Shown one piece after another: positions 34,896 through 47,921 of a stretch of 64,000 nt of DNA. Position 1 is the stretch's first letter, and the number at the start of each line of letters is the position of its first letter. The translations under genes and the position numbers were made by a program. Where the stretch lies: positions 106,042,103-106,106,102 of the forward strand of contig NC_068985.1 in the NCBI RefSeq assembly GCF_001194135.2, written 5' to 3'. The notes beneath the pieces were generated by a model. The model was not told the DNA's origin, made no database searches, and saw nothing but the letters and a program-made list of their open reading frames with translations. Source of the stretch: Octopus bimaculoides. Its lineage: Eukaryota.

Positions 34896-35129
34896 AGTGT
34901 AGAAGCTCGTATGTAATGTTAAATGTGATTCGAAGCGTCAGCTTTGTCACACTGTGCCACGCTAATTCTGCATGAGGATATTCTTACATTATGAGTACAA
35001 GTGCCTGTGGAATACTCAGCCATTACATGCCAGGTTAGTGAGCGGGTAGTTAAGGTAATCGAACGAATGAAATATTCGTCCTCGAAACCGATGGAGATCC
35101 ATTCTCTGCAATATATGTGTGTGTGCGTG

Positions 35130-35175
<46 letters not shown>

Positions 35176-35968
35176 GTATATATAATNNNNNNNNNNNNNN
35201 NNNNNNNNNNNNNNNNNNNNNNNNNNNNNNNNNNNNNNNNNNNNNNNNNNNNNNNNNNNNNNNNNNNNNNNNNNNNNNNNNNNNNNNNNNNNNNNNNNNN
35301 NNNNNNNNNNNNNNNNNNNNNNNNNNNNNNNNNNNNNNNNNNNNNNNNNNNNNNNNNNNNNNNNNNNNNNNNNNNNNNNNNNNNNNNNNNNNNNNNNNNN
35401 NNNNNNNNNNNNNNNNNNNNNNNNNNNNNNNNNNNNNNNNNNNNNNNNNNNNNNNNNNNNNNNNNNNNNNNNNNNNNNNNNNNNNNNNNNNNNNNNNNNN
35501 NNNNNNNNNNNNNNNNNNNNNNNNNNNNNNNNNNNNNNNNNNNNNNNNNNNNNNNNNNNNNNNNNNNNNNNNNNNNNNNNNNNNNNNNNNNNNNNNNNNN
35601 NNNNNNNNNNNNNNNNNNNNNNNNNNNNNNNNNNNNNNNNNNNNNNNNNNNNNNNNNNNNNNNNNNNNNNNNNNNNNNNNNNNNNNNNNNNNNNNNNNNN
35701 NNNNNNNNNNNNNNNNNNNNNNNNNNNNNNNNNNNNNNNNNNNNNNNNNNNNNNNNNNNNNNNNNNNNNNNNNNNNNNNNNNNNNNNNNNNNNNNNNNNN
35801 NNNNNNNNNNNNNNNNNNNNNNNNNNNNNNNNNNNNNNNNNNNNNNNNNNNNNNNNNNNNNNNNNNNNNNNNNNNNNNNNNNNNNNNNNNNNNNNNNNNN
35901 NNNNNNNNNNNNNNNNNNNNNNNNNNNNNNNNNNNNNNNNNNNNNNNNNNNNNNNNNNNNNNNNNNNN

Positions 35969-36030
<62 letters not shown>

Positions 36031-36701
36031 GTATATATAATCCATTTAGTGTTAACTCAAAAAAGTGCACTTGATACTGCAATAGTGATTAATAAAATTT
36101 ATTTTGTTCAAGTCAGTCTCTTGCTACTCTGAGTTTCACTTTTCATACAAGTTTCAACACTTACCTGAGTTGTAACCAGCCTGAAGACCCTGTGTACCTA
36201 ATTCAGAGTAGCAACAGACTGACTTGACCGTGTGTGTGTGTGTGAACATACATACACAAAAGCTTACCTGGTGCTTGCAAGGAAGCATGATCTGATAGCT
36301 TGTACCACATATTCATTGATTATTTTAGGTGCTTATGAAGTTGCAAGCAGTACCCTCTCAGCTCTTCTACCATTGACCAAGAAGAATACCTAGGATGTGA
36401 CTGCTGGATTGAGAGAGGGCTACTCTAGTAATCGACTGATACTCATTTTCATTGAACTTGACTGGAACAATGTTCAGGGATGGAACATGTTGCTTGGTTT
36501 AGCAATTGAGCTTGTTACCCAAGCCATTAGGCTATGTGCCTAATGGTTTGAGTGTTGAGCTCAAGATACATGGTCAATGTTTTACATCTGATCTCCATAT
36601 GGTATGATTTTGATAGGTTACCATGATCAGGGTCAGTACATAAGTAAGGATACTACTGATCACTGAGACTAGGCACAGGACTGTCTCTCATGTTTCATAT
36701 C

Positions 36702-37183
36702 ATCATCATCATCATCGTTTAACGTCCGCTTTCCATGCTAGCATGGGTTGGACGATTTGACTGAGGATTGGCGAACCAGATGGCTGCATCAGACTCCGTT
36801 CTGATCTGGCAGAGTTTCTACAGCTGGATGCCCTTCCTAACGCCAACCACTCCGAGAGTGTAGTGGGTGCTTTTATGTGCCACCGGCACGAAGGCCAGTC
36901 TGGCGGTACTGGCAAAGGCCATGCTCAAATGGTGCTTTGTACGTGCCATCTGCACAGGAGTCAGTCCAGCGGCACTGGCAACGACCTCGCTCAAATGTTT
37001 TGTTCACATGCCACCAGCACAAGTGCCACCAAGGCGATGCTGGTAACGATCACGCTCAAATGGTGCTATTTACGTGCCATCGGCATGGAAGCTAGACCGC
37101 TGCTCTGGCAGTGATCCCGCTCGGATTATGCTGTTAGTGCCCCACTGGCATGGGTGCCACTCATCAAATTTGGTTCAGTTCAT
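36702..37183 (-). mobile_element. RTE LINE 3'UTR copy with hairpin modules
   Basis: Same family as 21807-22390; runs into an assembly gap. Confidence 0.85.
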
Positions 37184-37855
37184 ANNNNNNNNNNNNNNNN
37201 NNNNNNNNNNNNNNNNNNNNNNNNNNNNNNNNNNNNNNNNNNNNNNNNNNNNNNNNNNNNNNNNNNNNNNNNNNNNNNNNNNNNNNNNNNNNNNNNNNNN
37301 NNNNNNNNNNNNNNNNNNNNNNNNNNNNNNNNNNNNNNNNNNNNNNNNNNNNNNNNNNNNNNNNNNNNNNNNNNNNNNNNNNNNNNNNNNNNNNNNNNNN
37401 NNNNNNNNNNNNNNNNNNNNNNNNNNNNNNNNNNNNNNNNNNNNNNNNNNNNNNNNNNNNNNNNNNNNNNNNNNNNNNNNNNNNNNNNNNNNNNNNNNNN
37501 NNNNNNNNNNNNNNNNNNNNNNNNNNNNNNNNNNNNNNNNNNNNNNNNNNNNNNNNNNNNNNNNNNNNNNNNNNNNNNNNNNNNNNNNNNNNNNNNNNNN
37601 NNNNNNNNNNNNNNNNNNNNNNNNNNNNNNNNNNNNNNNNNNNNNNNNNNNNNNNNNNNNNNNNNNNNNNNNNNNNNNNNNNNNNNNNNNNNNNNNNNNN
37701 NNNNNNNNNNNNNNNNNNNNNNNNNNNNNNNNNNNNNNNNNNNNNNNNNNNNNNNNNNNNNNNNNNNNNNNNNNNNNNNNNNNNNNNNNNNNNNNNNNNN
37801 NNNNNNNNNNNNNNNNNNNNNNNNNNNNNNNNNNNNNNNNNNNNNNNNNNNNNNN

Positions 37856-37913
<58 letters not shown>

Positions 37914-38179
37914 GCACACAGCTTTCACCACCAAATCCTACTTGCTCTTCTGACCCTGTGTTCTGAGTCATTACTTCATAAGCAAAAACCCTATCAGTTT
38001 GCATTGCATCCAAAATCTTTTGTTTCATTTGTGCATCTACAACATTTCCAATCTTCTGCTTGAATCCAGTACTAATTGGAGGCCCTGCCTTGGCAAAAGT
38101 TGCAATCTCAGACTCCCTTGTCATTATAACCAAGTGTACTCGCCTGCTTTGAATTCTTTGAATATTGACGGCAGCTGTA

Positions 38180-39100
38180 ATTTTCACGAATGGTCAAATA
38201 GACCTACATTGGACAATATTTTTGGCACACTGACCAATTTCTATAGTAAACATTCATTATTTACTGCATGCATTCAACTCTTATAACTGCTACCTTGTAT
38301 TCAAGCAGCTGTCATGCAACTTTTGTTAGCAACATGACTGTGCCAAAGTTTTACTTTTTCAAGAATCAATGTTCCCTCAATCTGTTTGACCGACTTGCTT
38401 ATTCACTCCTCAATCTTTGTGCTAGAATGTCTGTCATTGAGGCTGATTTCATGTCATTGTCCTTGATTCTTCACTCTTTGTTCTCTGTGAAATATCTAGG
38501 ACTTTAGGATATGTTCTCTGTGAAATATCTAGGACTTTAGGATATGTTCTCTGTGAAATATCTAGGACATTAGGATATGTTCTCTGAAATATCTAGGACA
38601 TTAGGATATGTTCTCTGTGAAATATCTAGGACTTTAGGATATGTTCTCTGTGAAATATCTAGGACATTAGGATATGTTCTCTGTGAAATATCTAGGACAT
38701 TAGGATATGTTCTCTGTGAAATATCTAGGACATTAGGATATGTTCTCTGTGTCTGAAATCACTCTCCTATTTAACACACTTCTGCTCTTCTTTTGATTTA
38801 ACTTCACCATAGTCCATGAAATTAGCTCCTGCTTCAATTTTCTTTTCCTGGTTTGTCACAATCATCAAAACAGCCATGTAAACTCTCACTGAAAGTACTG
38901 TATTTCCCTCCACAAATGCCAATCTTTCCGTACTTATTGTAACATAAGTCAAAAACTCCAGCCCCATCATAAAAGGAAGTGGTGAGCAGCACATCTCATG
39001 TGGGTCCCCTATTCCAAGGACTGTCATTTTGTGGTGTATGACTCTGTTATGAATCTCATTCTGAACTTCTCTTAGTAATTCCACAACATATTACTGACCA
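38180..39100 (-). mobile_element. Degenerate RTE LINE ORF remnant, interrupted by a minisatellite
   Basis: Minus-strand translation EVQNEIHNRV..LSVRVYMAVL....YGE..S..EQKC resembles the RTE post-RT region; multiple stops and frameshifts. Confidence 0.6.
38480..38751. repeat. 33-bp minisatellite, 8 units plus 10 bp
   Basis: Unit GTTCTCTGTGAAATATCTAGGAC(A/T)TTAGGATAT starting at 38480, 38513, 38546, 38579 (31 bp), 38610, 38643, 38676 and 38709. Confidence 0.95.
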
Positions 39101-40029
39101 CCTTTGGAACCCAGACAAAATCCATTGTAAAGTTTCTGGGAATTAAGTAATATACATGAGCAAGATTACATCAACATTCACCTTGTTTCTCTCACATCAC
39201 TGAATGAATCCCCAATCATCTATACATGCTCAATACATCTTGGAAATCCTGTAACTTCAGATTATTGCAGAGTCATATCTACAAATCTGGTAAAATCTGT
39301 CATCATTAAAACCTTCCCATCAACATATAGGACTGATAGAGTTGGGACTGACCAATCCTTTTATTATCCTTCTCGTTTAGTGTGTTTACTCCTTTCGCAT
39401 TACACCAGTTAGCTGGTACTAATCATTTTCACCCCCACATCTTGAGAATCTTAACTTATCTGCAGACAATACTTGTAAAGCTTGTAAGAGAGATCGTTCA
39501 GGACTGTTGCACTAAGATATGAAACGAGTGTTTCATATCTCAGCATCAACTTCTCACAGCCACAGGTCACCCATGTCAAATTCATGTTGTGGTTCTATTG
39601 GCCTTCTCAAAACTGGTACTGCCATGAATGGCTCTCCTCAATTCTTATCAGAGTATGCAGACTTCAGATGTACTTGCAGCTCCTCTTTTGTTACTCCCAA
39701 TGATCCAGATGCATCTCCTTCAAAAAATCTATATGGGTCTTTATAGAAGTCTCCTGTTTTACTTGATACTTCCTCTTTTGTAAAAAAAAGTATTCCACCC
39801 TCCTGACATTACTGTACTTTCTCTTCACTTCCTCATACAACTGCAAAAGAACCATGTTCATATCTTCCTGATCCTTTTCCCACTGTTACCAAAATCTTTT
39901 CTTCTCAGACCTTAAATTTACCTCATAACCCCCAGGCTAACCAATGCCTTCTGGGTGAAATTAGAAGATGGAAACTATGTGGAAGGATTATCAGCAGTAC
40001 ACCAGACTTCATCCTGTTTTGGTTATCTA

Positions 40030-41275
40030 CAAGGATTGGCTGAAAAGTTCACAGGCTGACAAAGATACTCTTATGGAATGTGACCAAATAAAGTATATTT
40101 GTCAACATAGTCACCCTTGTGGTCAACATACTTCTTCCATTGGTGTTGCAGTATGTGGATACCATTGGTAAAGAAGTTTTCATCCTGTTGGCCCAGAAAG
40201 TTTTCAATAGCAGATACGACATCATCATCATTGCGATACTGCTTCCCAGTCAAGTGTTTTTTCATGTTAAGAAGCAGATGATTGTCAGATGGGGTCCAAA
40301 TCAGGAGACTAGGGAGGGTAAATCAACCAGTTCAAAGTCACAGTCATGCAAACAGCCATTGAAACCAAGGACTTGTGTGCTGGAGCATTGTCCTGATGAA
40401 ACACAATGCCTCTCATCAATTTCCTGGGCATTTGATCTTGATAGCCTTTTGTAACTGCCTCAGCAAGTTGGCATAGTATTCCCCATTGATGGTGTGGCCC
40501 TTTTTGAAGATAATCAATTAACACAATGCCTTTTGAATCCCAGAAAGTTGAGACATCACCTTCCCTGCAGATGAAACAACCTTGGTCTTTGTAGTAGGCA
40601 AGGAGGAGTGTTTCTACTGCATGGATTGTCTCTTTGTCTCTGGATCAAAGTGGTGAAGCCCACATTCATCCTAGATTAGGAAACCAGCTGGATCTGCCTG
40701 AAACAATGATGTGATCAGCCATGTGTGCTTTTGATCAGGTGTCAGAAGACGTGGCACCCACTGAGTAGAAATCATCATCATGCCAAGTTCATTGTGCAGA
40801 ATATTCTCAACTGTCTCAATGGACAGCATTGGCTATTTGATTTATAGTGAATTGTCTGTCATCTATCACCATGTGGTGAACATTATCAATGTTTTCTTTG
40901 GTGGTGGCAGTTGCAGGACGTCCACACCTTGGGTCATCTTCAAGACTCTCTATTCCCCTCCTAAATTCAGCTGCCCACTTTTGCACTGTTGATAATGTTG
41001 GGACATCATCCCTTAAGGTAGCAACCATGTCAGCATGAATGTTGTTGAGGGCTAAATCCTTTTTCCACAGGTTCTTGATAACACCTCTATGTCAAATTTT
41101 GTCCATTTTCAAGAGAAGTCACTACTAGTGAAATCATATTTGAACAGTGAGATGTGAGTTTACCTGGAAAGAAACAATGCAGTTATTAATAAGAAGAGTT
41201 GAAATTAATGCTTGCAAGATTTCACAGTTCTAGCATCACTCCTTCATCGTCTATGGCCTTTTCAGCACAAACTCA
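40030..41275 (-). mobile_element. Near full-length (~1.25 kb) degenerate mariner transposon
   Basis: TA at 40028-40029 and 41276-41277 with degenerate TIRs. Transposase segments LSTVQKWAAEFRRG..LEDDPRCGRP, FHQDNAPAH, SPDLDPSD and KKHLTGKQYRNDD..LQHQWKK. Stops and frameshifts present. Confidence 0.92.
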
Positions 41276-42463
41276 TAACAACTGTACATCTCTGTCTAGT
41301 TGGCTTGTACTGCATTGGGGTGCCCTATTCTAACTCCTTACTTATTGCTTGCCAACTTGTGGGCTATCCAGCATGAACCAGCCTCTACTGCTCTGTAAAC
41401 CTGTTTCATCCACCCCTCTACCTCATATCCAGCTACACTGAAAGCCTGAAATCACCTCTGCATTGTTCCACCACTCTGCATGCTTTCTTGCTTTCTTCTT
41501 TCCCTCTTGCTTCTTCCATCCTTGTCTTGCATAACATTCGACTCTATGATGACCATATAAAATGCTGTCCTTGACGGAGGTTATGTCTCAAGGTCATGGT
41601 CAAAACATCTGCCACAGATAATGTCTCTAGCAACTAATGTCTCAAAATCATGGTCAACACATCTGCCGGTATTCTCTGCTTCTCCTCCACAACTACTAGC
41701 ACCTCTCAGTCATCAGCCACTGTTAGTATCCCACAAACACCAATAGACAAAACCGACCACCTCTTCCTAAGTCTCCCTCTTATACAACCTCTTCTCAAAT
41801 TTAATGCCTTTTGTATGCTGTTGTCCCTTATACTCCATTGTTTGCACCTTTACTTATCAAATGTTTTGTAAGTTTACTGTAAAAAAAAAAATTTAGTATC
41901 GAAAGAATGTGGGAGTGGAGACAAAGGAATGGTTGTAAGGCAAGCACTTGGCTAGTTTGACCTCTGGGTTGGTGGGAGTGGTCTAATGTTTGAAATAAAA
42001 AATATACACAATGAAATCCTACAACTTGAATACCTTTTTATCAGATTCAATTCTAAACTGAATGAAACATGACCTGTCATGTAAATGTTATCTAAATAAA
42101 CAAATGCATGTATGTGTGCATGTATGTATGTATGTATGGATGGATGGGTGTGTGTGTGTGTGTGTGGTGACATTGCTAGTGCTGGTGCCTTGCAAAAGGC
42201 ACTCAGTTCCCTCTGTAAAGAGGCATCCAACTGCCACTCCGTGAGGTGGTTGGAGTTAGGAAGAACATCCAGCTGTAAAAAGCGTGCCAAAGTAGACTGG
42301 AACCTGGTGAAGTCCCCAGGCTTGCCAACTTCTGTCAAACCAACCAGCCATACCAGCATGGACAATGGANNNNNNNNNNTAAGTGCTATGGGTAGACCAT
42401 AGTTAAGCTCCAGGTTTGGTGATTATGCGAATAAGGGGTCCAACGTAGGTCATATGAAATCTT

Positions 42464-42495
<32 letters not shown>

Positions 42496-42759
42496 TAAGT
42501 TTCAAAAATTAAATATGCATGACAAAGGAACACACAGAAAATTCTCTCACAAGACATGAACATGCTCTTTCCTTGTCAGTTATCGTCCAAAAAATTATTA
42601 CGATTTCACTCCTTTAATAATAGTATTGTTCATTTTTGTGGGTGTCAACAGCGAAAGGCTGCTGGGAATAATGTGCAAATGTGGACAAGAGCAATGAAAA
42701 CAAATATGACTCCGATATAAGTGTAAATATACAACCAAAATAAAGGCTATGGGGCTCAG

Positions 42760-43215
42760 AGACAACACGTGTGTGCTGTGATGTGCATTTTGCTCTGTTG
42801 TCATCTCTTCCATGAGGCTTAACATTTTGAAATTGACCTTCACTGTTTTCTCCCACATCTTCCCGAGTCTCCCTCTTATACAGGGTCCATTCACATTAAG
42901 TGAATGACACTTTGTAAAGCTGCTCTCGTCCACATACATCACATGACCATACCAATGCAGACTTCTCTCTTGCACACTACATTGGATTTCTCCTACACCA
43001 AGTTTTTCTCTCACACATTTGTAGTTTGCCAATCATGCACACTGACATTGCATACCCAATAGAACATGTTGGATGTGCTTCATTTCTTTGTAGTCTTTGC
43101 AACTCCTCTGCATTCAGGGCCCATGTCCCTGTACCATGTTCAGTTGCAGTTCATATACAAGCATTGTGTAGTCTTGTCTTATACTCCAAGGGAGAAGCCA
43201 CCACTTACAAACATG
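42760..43215 (-). mobile_element. RTE LINE fragment
   Basis: VREKLGVGEIQCSVQERSLHWYGHVMYVDESS..GPCIRGRLGKMWEKTV. Confidence 0.8.
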
Positions 43216-43989
43216 GTAATAACTTTCTGAACTTCCTTCACTTTGTTTTTCATTCTGGCTACAGTATTTTCAAAACATTCTCCCCTAAACAAAATAAGCT
43301 ACCTACTACTGCTAGAGATCCTCTTGGGCATTCAAGAAAATTTATTTCCTTGTGTGTTTTTAGTGTTTATTGCTCCTGTTCATAAGGCATATACAAAGTC
43401 TACTTTCTCTGTTTCCCTGCTGGTGATTCAGTACCAACCCATGACAGCATAGAAGCCGGATGTTAAGTGATGTGTGTATATATATATATGTGTATACATT
43501 CAGTCTGATGAACAAGAAGGGGAAATACAAATAACTAGATGTGATAGCCATAAACAACTCTTGCTCCTCCACACTGAGTTCTGTTTGGAATATTTTGCCT
43601 TATACCTACATAAACTATAAATATTTACTGAACCCCACTGTAGCGAGAATCACTTGCACAGCTGTATATGGAGAAGTATCTCTTAAGATTTCTCACCAAA
43701 AATATTAGCATATTCTCCAAAAAATATGATCATTGTCATCATCGTCATTTAACATTCATTGTCTATGCTGGCAAACTGGGGAGCTACATCAGACTCCAGT
43801 CTGATTTGGCATGGTTTCTACACCTGGATGCCCTTCCTAACACCAACCACTTTATAGAGTATGCTGGGTGCTTTTATGTGGCACTACACAAGTGCTTTTA
43901 CATAGCACACCATTTGTAAAAATGAGACACTTTGTGAGAATAATGAGATGGAAGGCATACTTCTTCAATAATGGAGCATCAGGTACTCA

Positions 43990-44440
43990 CAAGGAAAATT
44001 TTGGACATTAAACTCAGAAAAATTAATTCTGAAATAAATACTTGGACCTTTTTAAGTTTGACTTGCTTAAGCTCACCAAAAGTGTGAAATTTAAAGATAT
44101 TTATAATAAATTTCAAAACCAAGCGAGGCGGATCATAAAAAATTTTGCTGGCAATGATAAGTTTCATGTCTTCTATGATACAACAAACAAACTGTGCAGA
44201 GTAGACCACAGAATGTACAACAGACTTGTGTCTAATAACATCACAAGCACTAATAAAAAAGCAAACCTGAATATCTATAATTCCCAATTATCTGGAGCTC
44301 AGAGACATAGTCATAGAACTAGGGATTAATGATAGATTAAAACTCTTAGCTTTATGCTCCCACCTTTGTTAATAAACCCAGATAAAATAGAGCTGGGTTT
44401 GGTTAGCAAAAAGACATTGGACATTATCCTACTCATATCA
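43990..44440 (+). mobile_element. PLE N-terminal (pre-RT) fragment
   Basis: LFKFDLLKLTKSVKFKDIYNKFQ..FHVFYDTTNKLCRVDHRMYNRLVSNNIT resembles the PLE motif FE.DL..L...IKF....FQ..FV.ADKT.N.Y.....Y..L...NIT. Confidence 0.65.
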
Positions 44441-44514
44441 CTAAAAAGGTGTGAAACTTCTCCTGTTGCAGGGCCTTTAAGTGATAATATAATTCAAGAA
44501 AATCTCAGACAAAA

Positions 44515-44999
44515 AGGAACTGCAGGAGTGATGTGGTTACAGAAATTGTCTGATAGCCATGATTGGGTTCTCCTGCTTGTGTAGCATGGTGCAGAGTCCT
44601 GTTGCCAGACATAAGGTCTGACCCAAGGCAGTACTATCTCCTCCAGGCACTTAATGTAGGCCTCCGTGTCGTGTCTGAGGCTGAGTGGAGAGATGATTGG
44701 CGGCATAATGTTGTCATCACTAGTGATCACTCCAAACACCACGATGTTTGAGCTTTATCACTCTTGGTACATGTTTTGGGAATACAGTTCTGTGTGTATT
44801 GTTGGAGCTTCCGGTGCAAATGCCAAGCAGTACAGCATGTCGTTTCCAAATTTCTGGCAGAGTGAGTTGCATCATGGTGCTGTTTTTCTCACAGATGGTG
44901 CCCAACTGACCCTACTATACTGTGTAGTCGACAAATTAAACAAAAACAATGTGCAAAATTAAAAATATAAAATGGCAACAATTTACCCACCACACCCTG
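44515..44999 (-). mobile_element. Internally deleted Tc1/mariner (maT-like) transposon remnant
   Basis: TIR CAGGGTGTGGTGGGTAAATTG at 44999. N-terminal MQLTLPEIWKRHAVLLGI is fused to catalytic VMVFGVITSD..EAYIKCLEEIVLPWV..YVWQQDSAPC.TSRRTQSWLSDNF. Confidence 0.8.
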
Positions 45000-45266
45000 T
45001 GTGTATATATGTATATATATATATATATATAATTATTACAAATTAAAAGGGTAAAGGATTATCAATTTATTAATTAATAAATCAATTAACAATTAACAAT
45101 TTTTTACCAAGCCCATCGGTATGAAAGCACCATTATTGGTGGAGAACTTATTTAAAAGCTCATATATATTTATAGGTGATGCTATCTGTGGGATTCTCAG
45201 CTTTTTTAGCTGCTATTTCTGAACTTCGGTATATGGTGAAGCAAATATTTGCTGATCCCTTAATTA

Positions 45267-45303
<37 letters not shown>

Positions 45304-45376
45304 ATATAATATGAAGAAAGTGGAGAGTATGAACACAGAAAAAATTCAATTTATTTATATAATAGTCAATTTCTTG

Positions 45377-45470
45377 TTGCCTACGCACGTTTCAATTCCC
45401 ACCTTTATCCATATCTTACAATTAAAATTGCATTATGAATTTAAAAGGTAAAATTCTCTTCAGGGCAAAA
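45377..45470 (-). ncRNA. Type I hammerhead ribozyme motif
   Basis: UUGCC-CUGAAGA-[stem II GAAUUUUACCUUU...AAAGGUGGGAAUU]-GAAA-C-GUGC-GUA-GGCAA: 5-bp stem I, intact core, predicted cleavage after GUA (minus-strand 45382). Confidence 0.75.
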
Positions 45471-45527
45471 TTGACATATATTCATATATAGTCATTCATA
45501 TTGATATATATGAACTTATGTCGATTA

Positions 45528-45617
45528 TGCCCTGAAGAGATTTTTACCTTTTAAATTCATGATGCAATTTTAATTGTAATATTTGAATGAAGGTGGGAAT
45601 TGAAACATGTGTCGGTG
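45528..45617 (+). ncRNA. Type I hammerhead ribozyme motif
   Basis: UGCC-CUGAAGA-[GAUUUUUACCUU...AAGGUGGGAAUU, 12 bp including G.U pairs]-GAAA-C-AUGU-GUC-GGUG; predicted cleavage after 45613. Confidence 0.7.
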
Positions 45618-45912
45618 ACATGAAATTGACTATTATATAAATAAATTGATTATTTCTGTGTTCACACACTCGATTTTCTTTATATTATATTATTAAATTT
45701 TGTTCTATATTGGATAGATGAAAACATCTACAACGACAACTGGAACTTTGTAAGTGTTAAGCACTAATGTTGAAGAAGAACCATCAATAAACACTAATAC
45801 TAACACAAATTATTAAATTCCAAGAAAATCAATCGATATAGAGATAAACCAGTGTACACTTGGATGAAATACATCCCTGTGAAAGAGCAACCTGTTTCCA
45901 TTCAAAATTTCA

Positions 45913-45946
<34 letters not shown>

Positions 45947-47069
45947 CCTATCTATCTATCTATATGTATATATATATATATATACATATATACATGAAAA
46001 AAATGTTTCTCAGAGTTTAACATTCCTATTCATCAGACAGTTTTGGTTGAGAATGGAACCATTTGTTGTTACATACGTGTGTGTGTGTGTGTGTGTGCAT
46101 ATTTGAGGATGTCCCCCATCACTGCTTGACAACCAGTGCTGTTGTTTATGTGCCCTTAACTTAGCAGCTTGGCAAAAGATACTGATAAAATAAGTACCAG
46201 GTTTAAAAAAAAAAAAGTACTGGGGTTGATTCATTTGACTAAAAATGCTTCAATGCAGTGCCCCAGCATGGCCGCAGACTAATGACTGAAACAAGTAAAA
46301 GACACACACATGTATATATGTACATACACACGTATATGTATGTATATATAAATGTATGTGTATATGTATATACCAAACAACAGATACTAAAGGAAAAGCA
46401 CTGCCACTGAAACAATAAAATGAACAGAATATCTGATGCGAATGATTTATGGATCTTATGGTGTACAAGTTTAAAGATAAAATTTAACACATCAGAAAAT
46501 CTAATTCTGTATTTGTGTTTAAGAATAAAAAATTTCCTTCTGCTTGTCTTTATTGGTAAACCAGTAACTGTACACTGTGTCTAGATTTATTTCACATTGA
46601 GAAGAAAAGTTTCTTGTAATTCTCATCAGTTCATTTAAGATGCCTCAACTCTGTTCCTTCATTTGCTTTTAATTGATTATTTTTTTCCTCTGTGTAAGTC
46701 ACGCTCCATCTGTTAACATCATCATCTTTTGAAGGTCAAGTTTGTTGCAGATGTAAAAATTCTTTATTGCCATTACTATACTGTGATGGTAATAAAGAGC
46801 TATTAACTTCAAAATATCAGCTAGCACAGTCTTACAACAGATTTCATTTTGTGGTTTGTGTTTGTTATAATATATCAACATTTTATGGCTGGTAATGTAT
46901 CAGTATTTTCATCAACAATCAGCCTGTGGCACACAGATATTCTAAACTCATCCATTACTTCTTTTTCAACAGCAATACTGATTCATTCAACAAATTCAAA
47001 CACATAGTTCATGTTACACCAACTTCCAGGAATATTTACATCTTTGGTAAAGTGTGAATTAGTTTCTTG

Positions 47070-47500
47070 AACAGGTGCAGACGTGGCTGTGTAGTTAAGA
47101 AGTTTGCTTCCCAACCACATGGTTTTGGGTTCAGCCCCATTGTGTGGTGTCTTGGGCAAGTGTCTTCTGCTATAACCTTGGGCCAATCAAAGCCTTCTAA
47201 GTAGATTTGGAGGATGGAAACTGAAAGAAGCCCATAATATATAAAGTATATAATGTGTTTGTGTGTGTGTCTCCTTGTCTTGACATTGCATGATTGTTGT
47301 AAAAAAGTGTTACTCTCACACAAGCAGTGTCATTCATTTCCAATCTATGTAAACTTGTCTGGCCTTGGGGAAATATTGCCTTGCTTGGAAACAGGTGAGA
47401 GTTGGTGGCAAGAAGGGCTTCCAGCCATAGAAAAGCAGCTGCCATAAACTTTATCTGACTCATGCAAGAATGAAAAACTGGACATTAAATCAATGATGAT
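47070..47500 (+). mobile_element. tRNA-derived SINE (second family, ~430 bp)
   Basis: gcagacgtggctgtgtagttaagaagtttgcttcccaacc..ggttcagcccc head; gatggaaactgaaagaagccc body; (GAT)n end. Other copies near 8120, 25900-26070, 50945, 59425 and 63795. Confidence 0.75.
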
Positions 47501-47700
47501 GAATAGAATGTATTGAAATAATAATTTTAACTGCTAGTTTAGCTTTAGCAACAAGAACATTAACCATATCTGCACTAGGCCTCTTCCAAGTGTCTCATTC
47601 TCTTCTAGATTTTTGAGCATTCTCAAAATTGCCCCTTCCTTCAGGTTTCATAATTTAGTGATAGCATCCAAATAACTGTTGTGGTTGAGATGTTATTTTA

Positions 47701-47921
47701 TCCCTTTAACATTCAAGTTACTCTGTCAAATATAATGCTTATTTATTCACATTGTTTTGAATTAATCTTGCATTTTCTTGTAGCTTTGATATTTCAATGA
47801 TGTGATTGTTTATTTTTAGAATGACATTATAGGGTTGGTGTGAGGGACCAGATCTAACTAGTTTGAACATAAAACAGGTGGAACATTTGGGCTGGATGTG
47901 ACTGGTTTAAATGCTAAAGAG
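47701..47921. mobile_element. TTAA-type MITE (second family)
   Basis: TCCCTTTAACATT..AATGCTAAAGAG|TTAA; homologous to 58853-59072. Confidence 0.65.

Larger units (their letters stand above)
45297..45695. mobile_element. ~400-bp palindromic element with a hammerhead ribozyme motif in each arm (PLE-related, inferred)
   Basis: Arms ~45297-45490 and ~45505-45695 are imperfect reverse complements around a 14-nt spacer; a (TA)n run abuts the left end. Confidence 0.85.

Noticed and set aside
35130-36040. (TA)n-CACACGTATATATAAT repeated on both sides of a gap
   Set aside because: Most likely the same locus represented twice by the scaffolder.
38480-38751. 33-bp repeat as a CRISPR array
   Set aside because: Units are contiguous with no unique spacers, no cas genes are present, and the context is eukaryotic.
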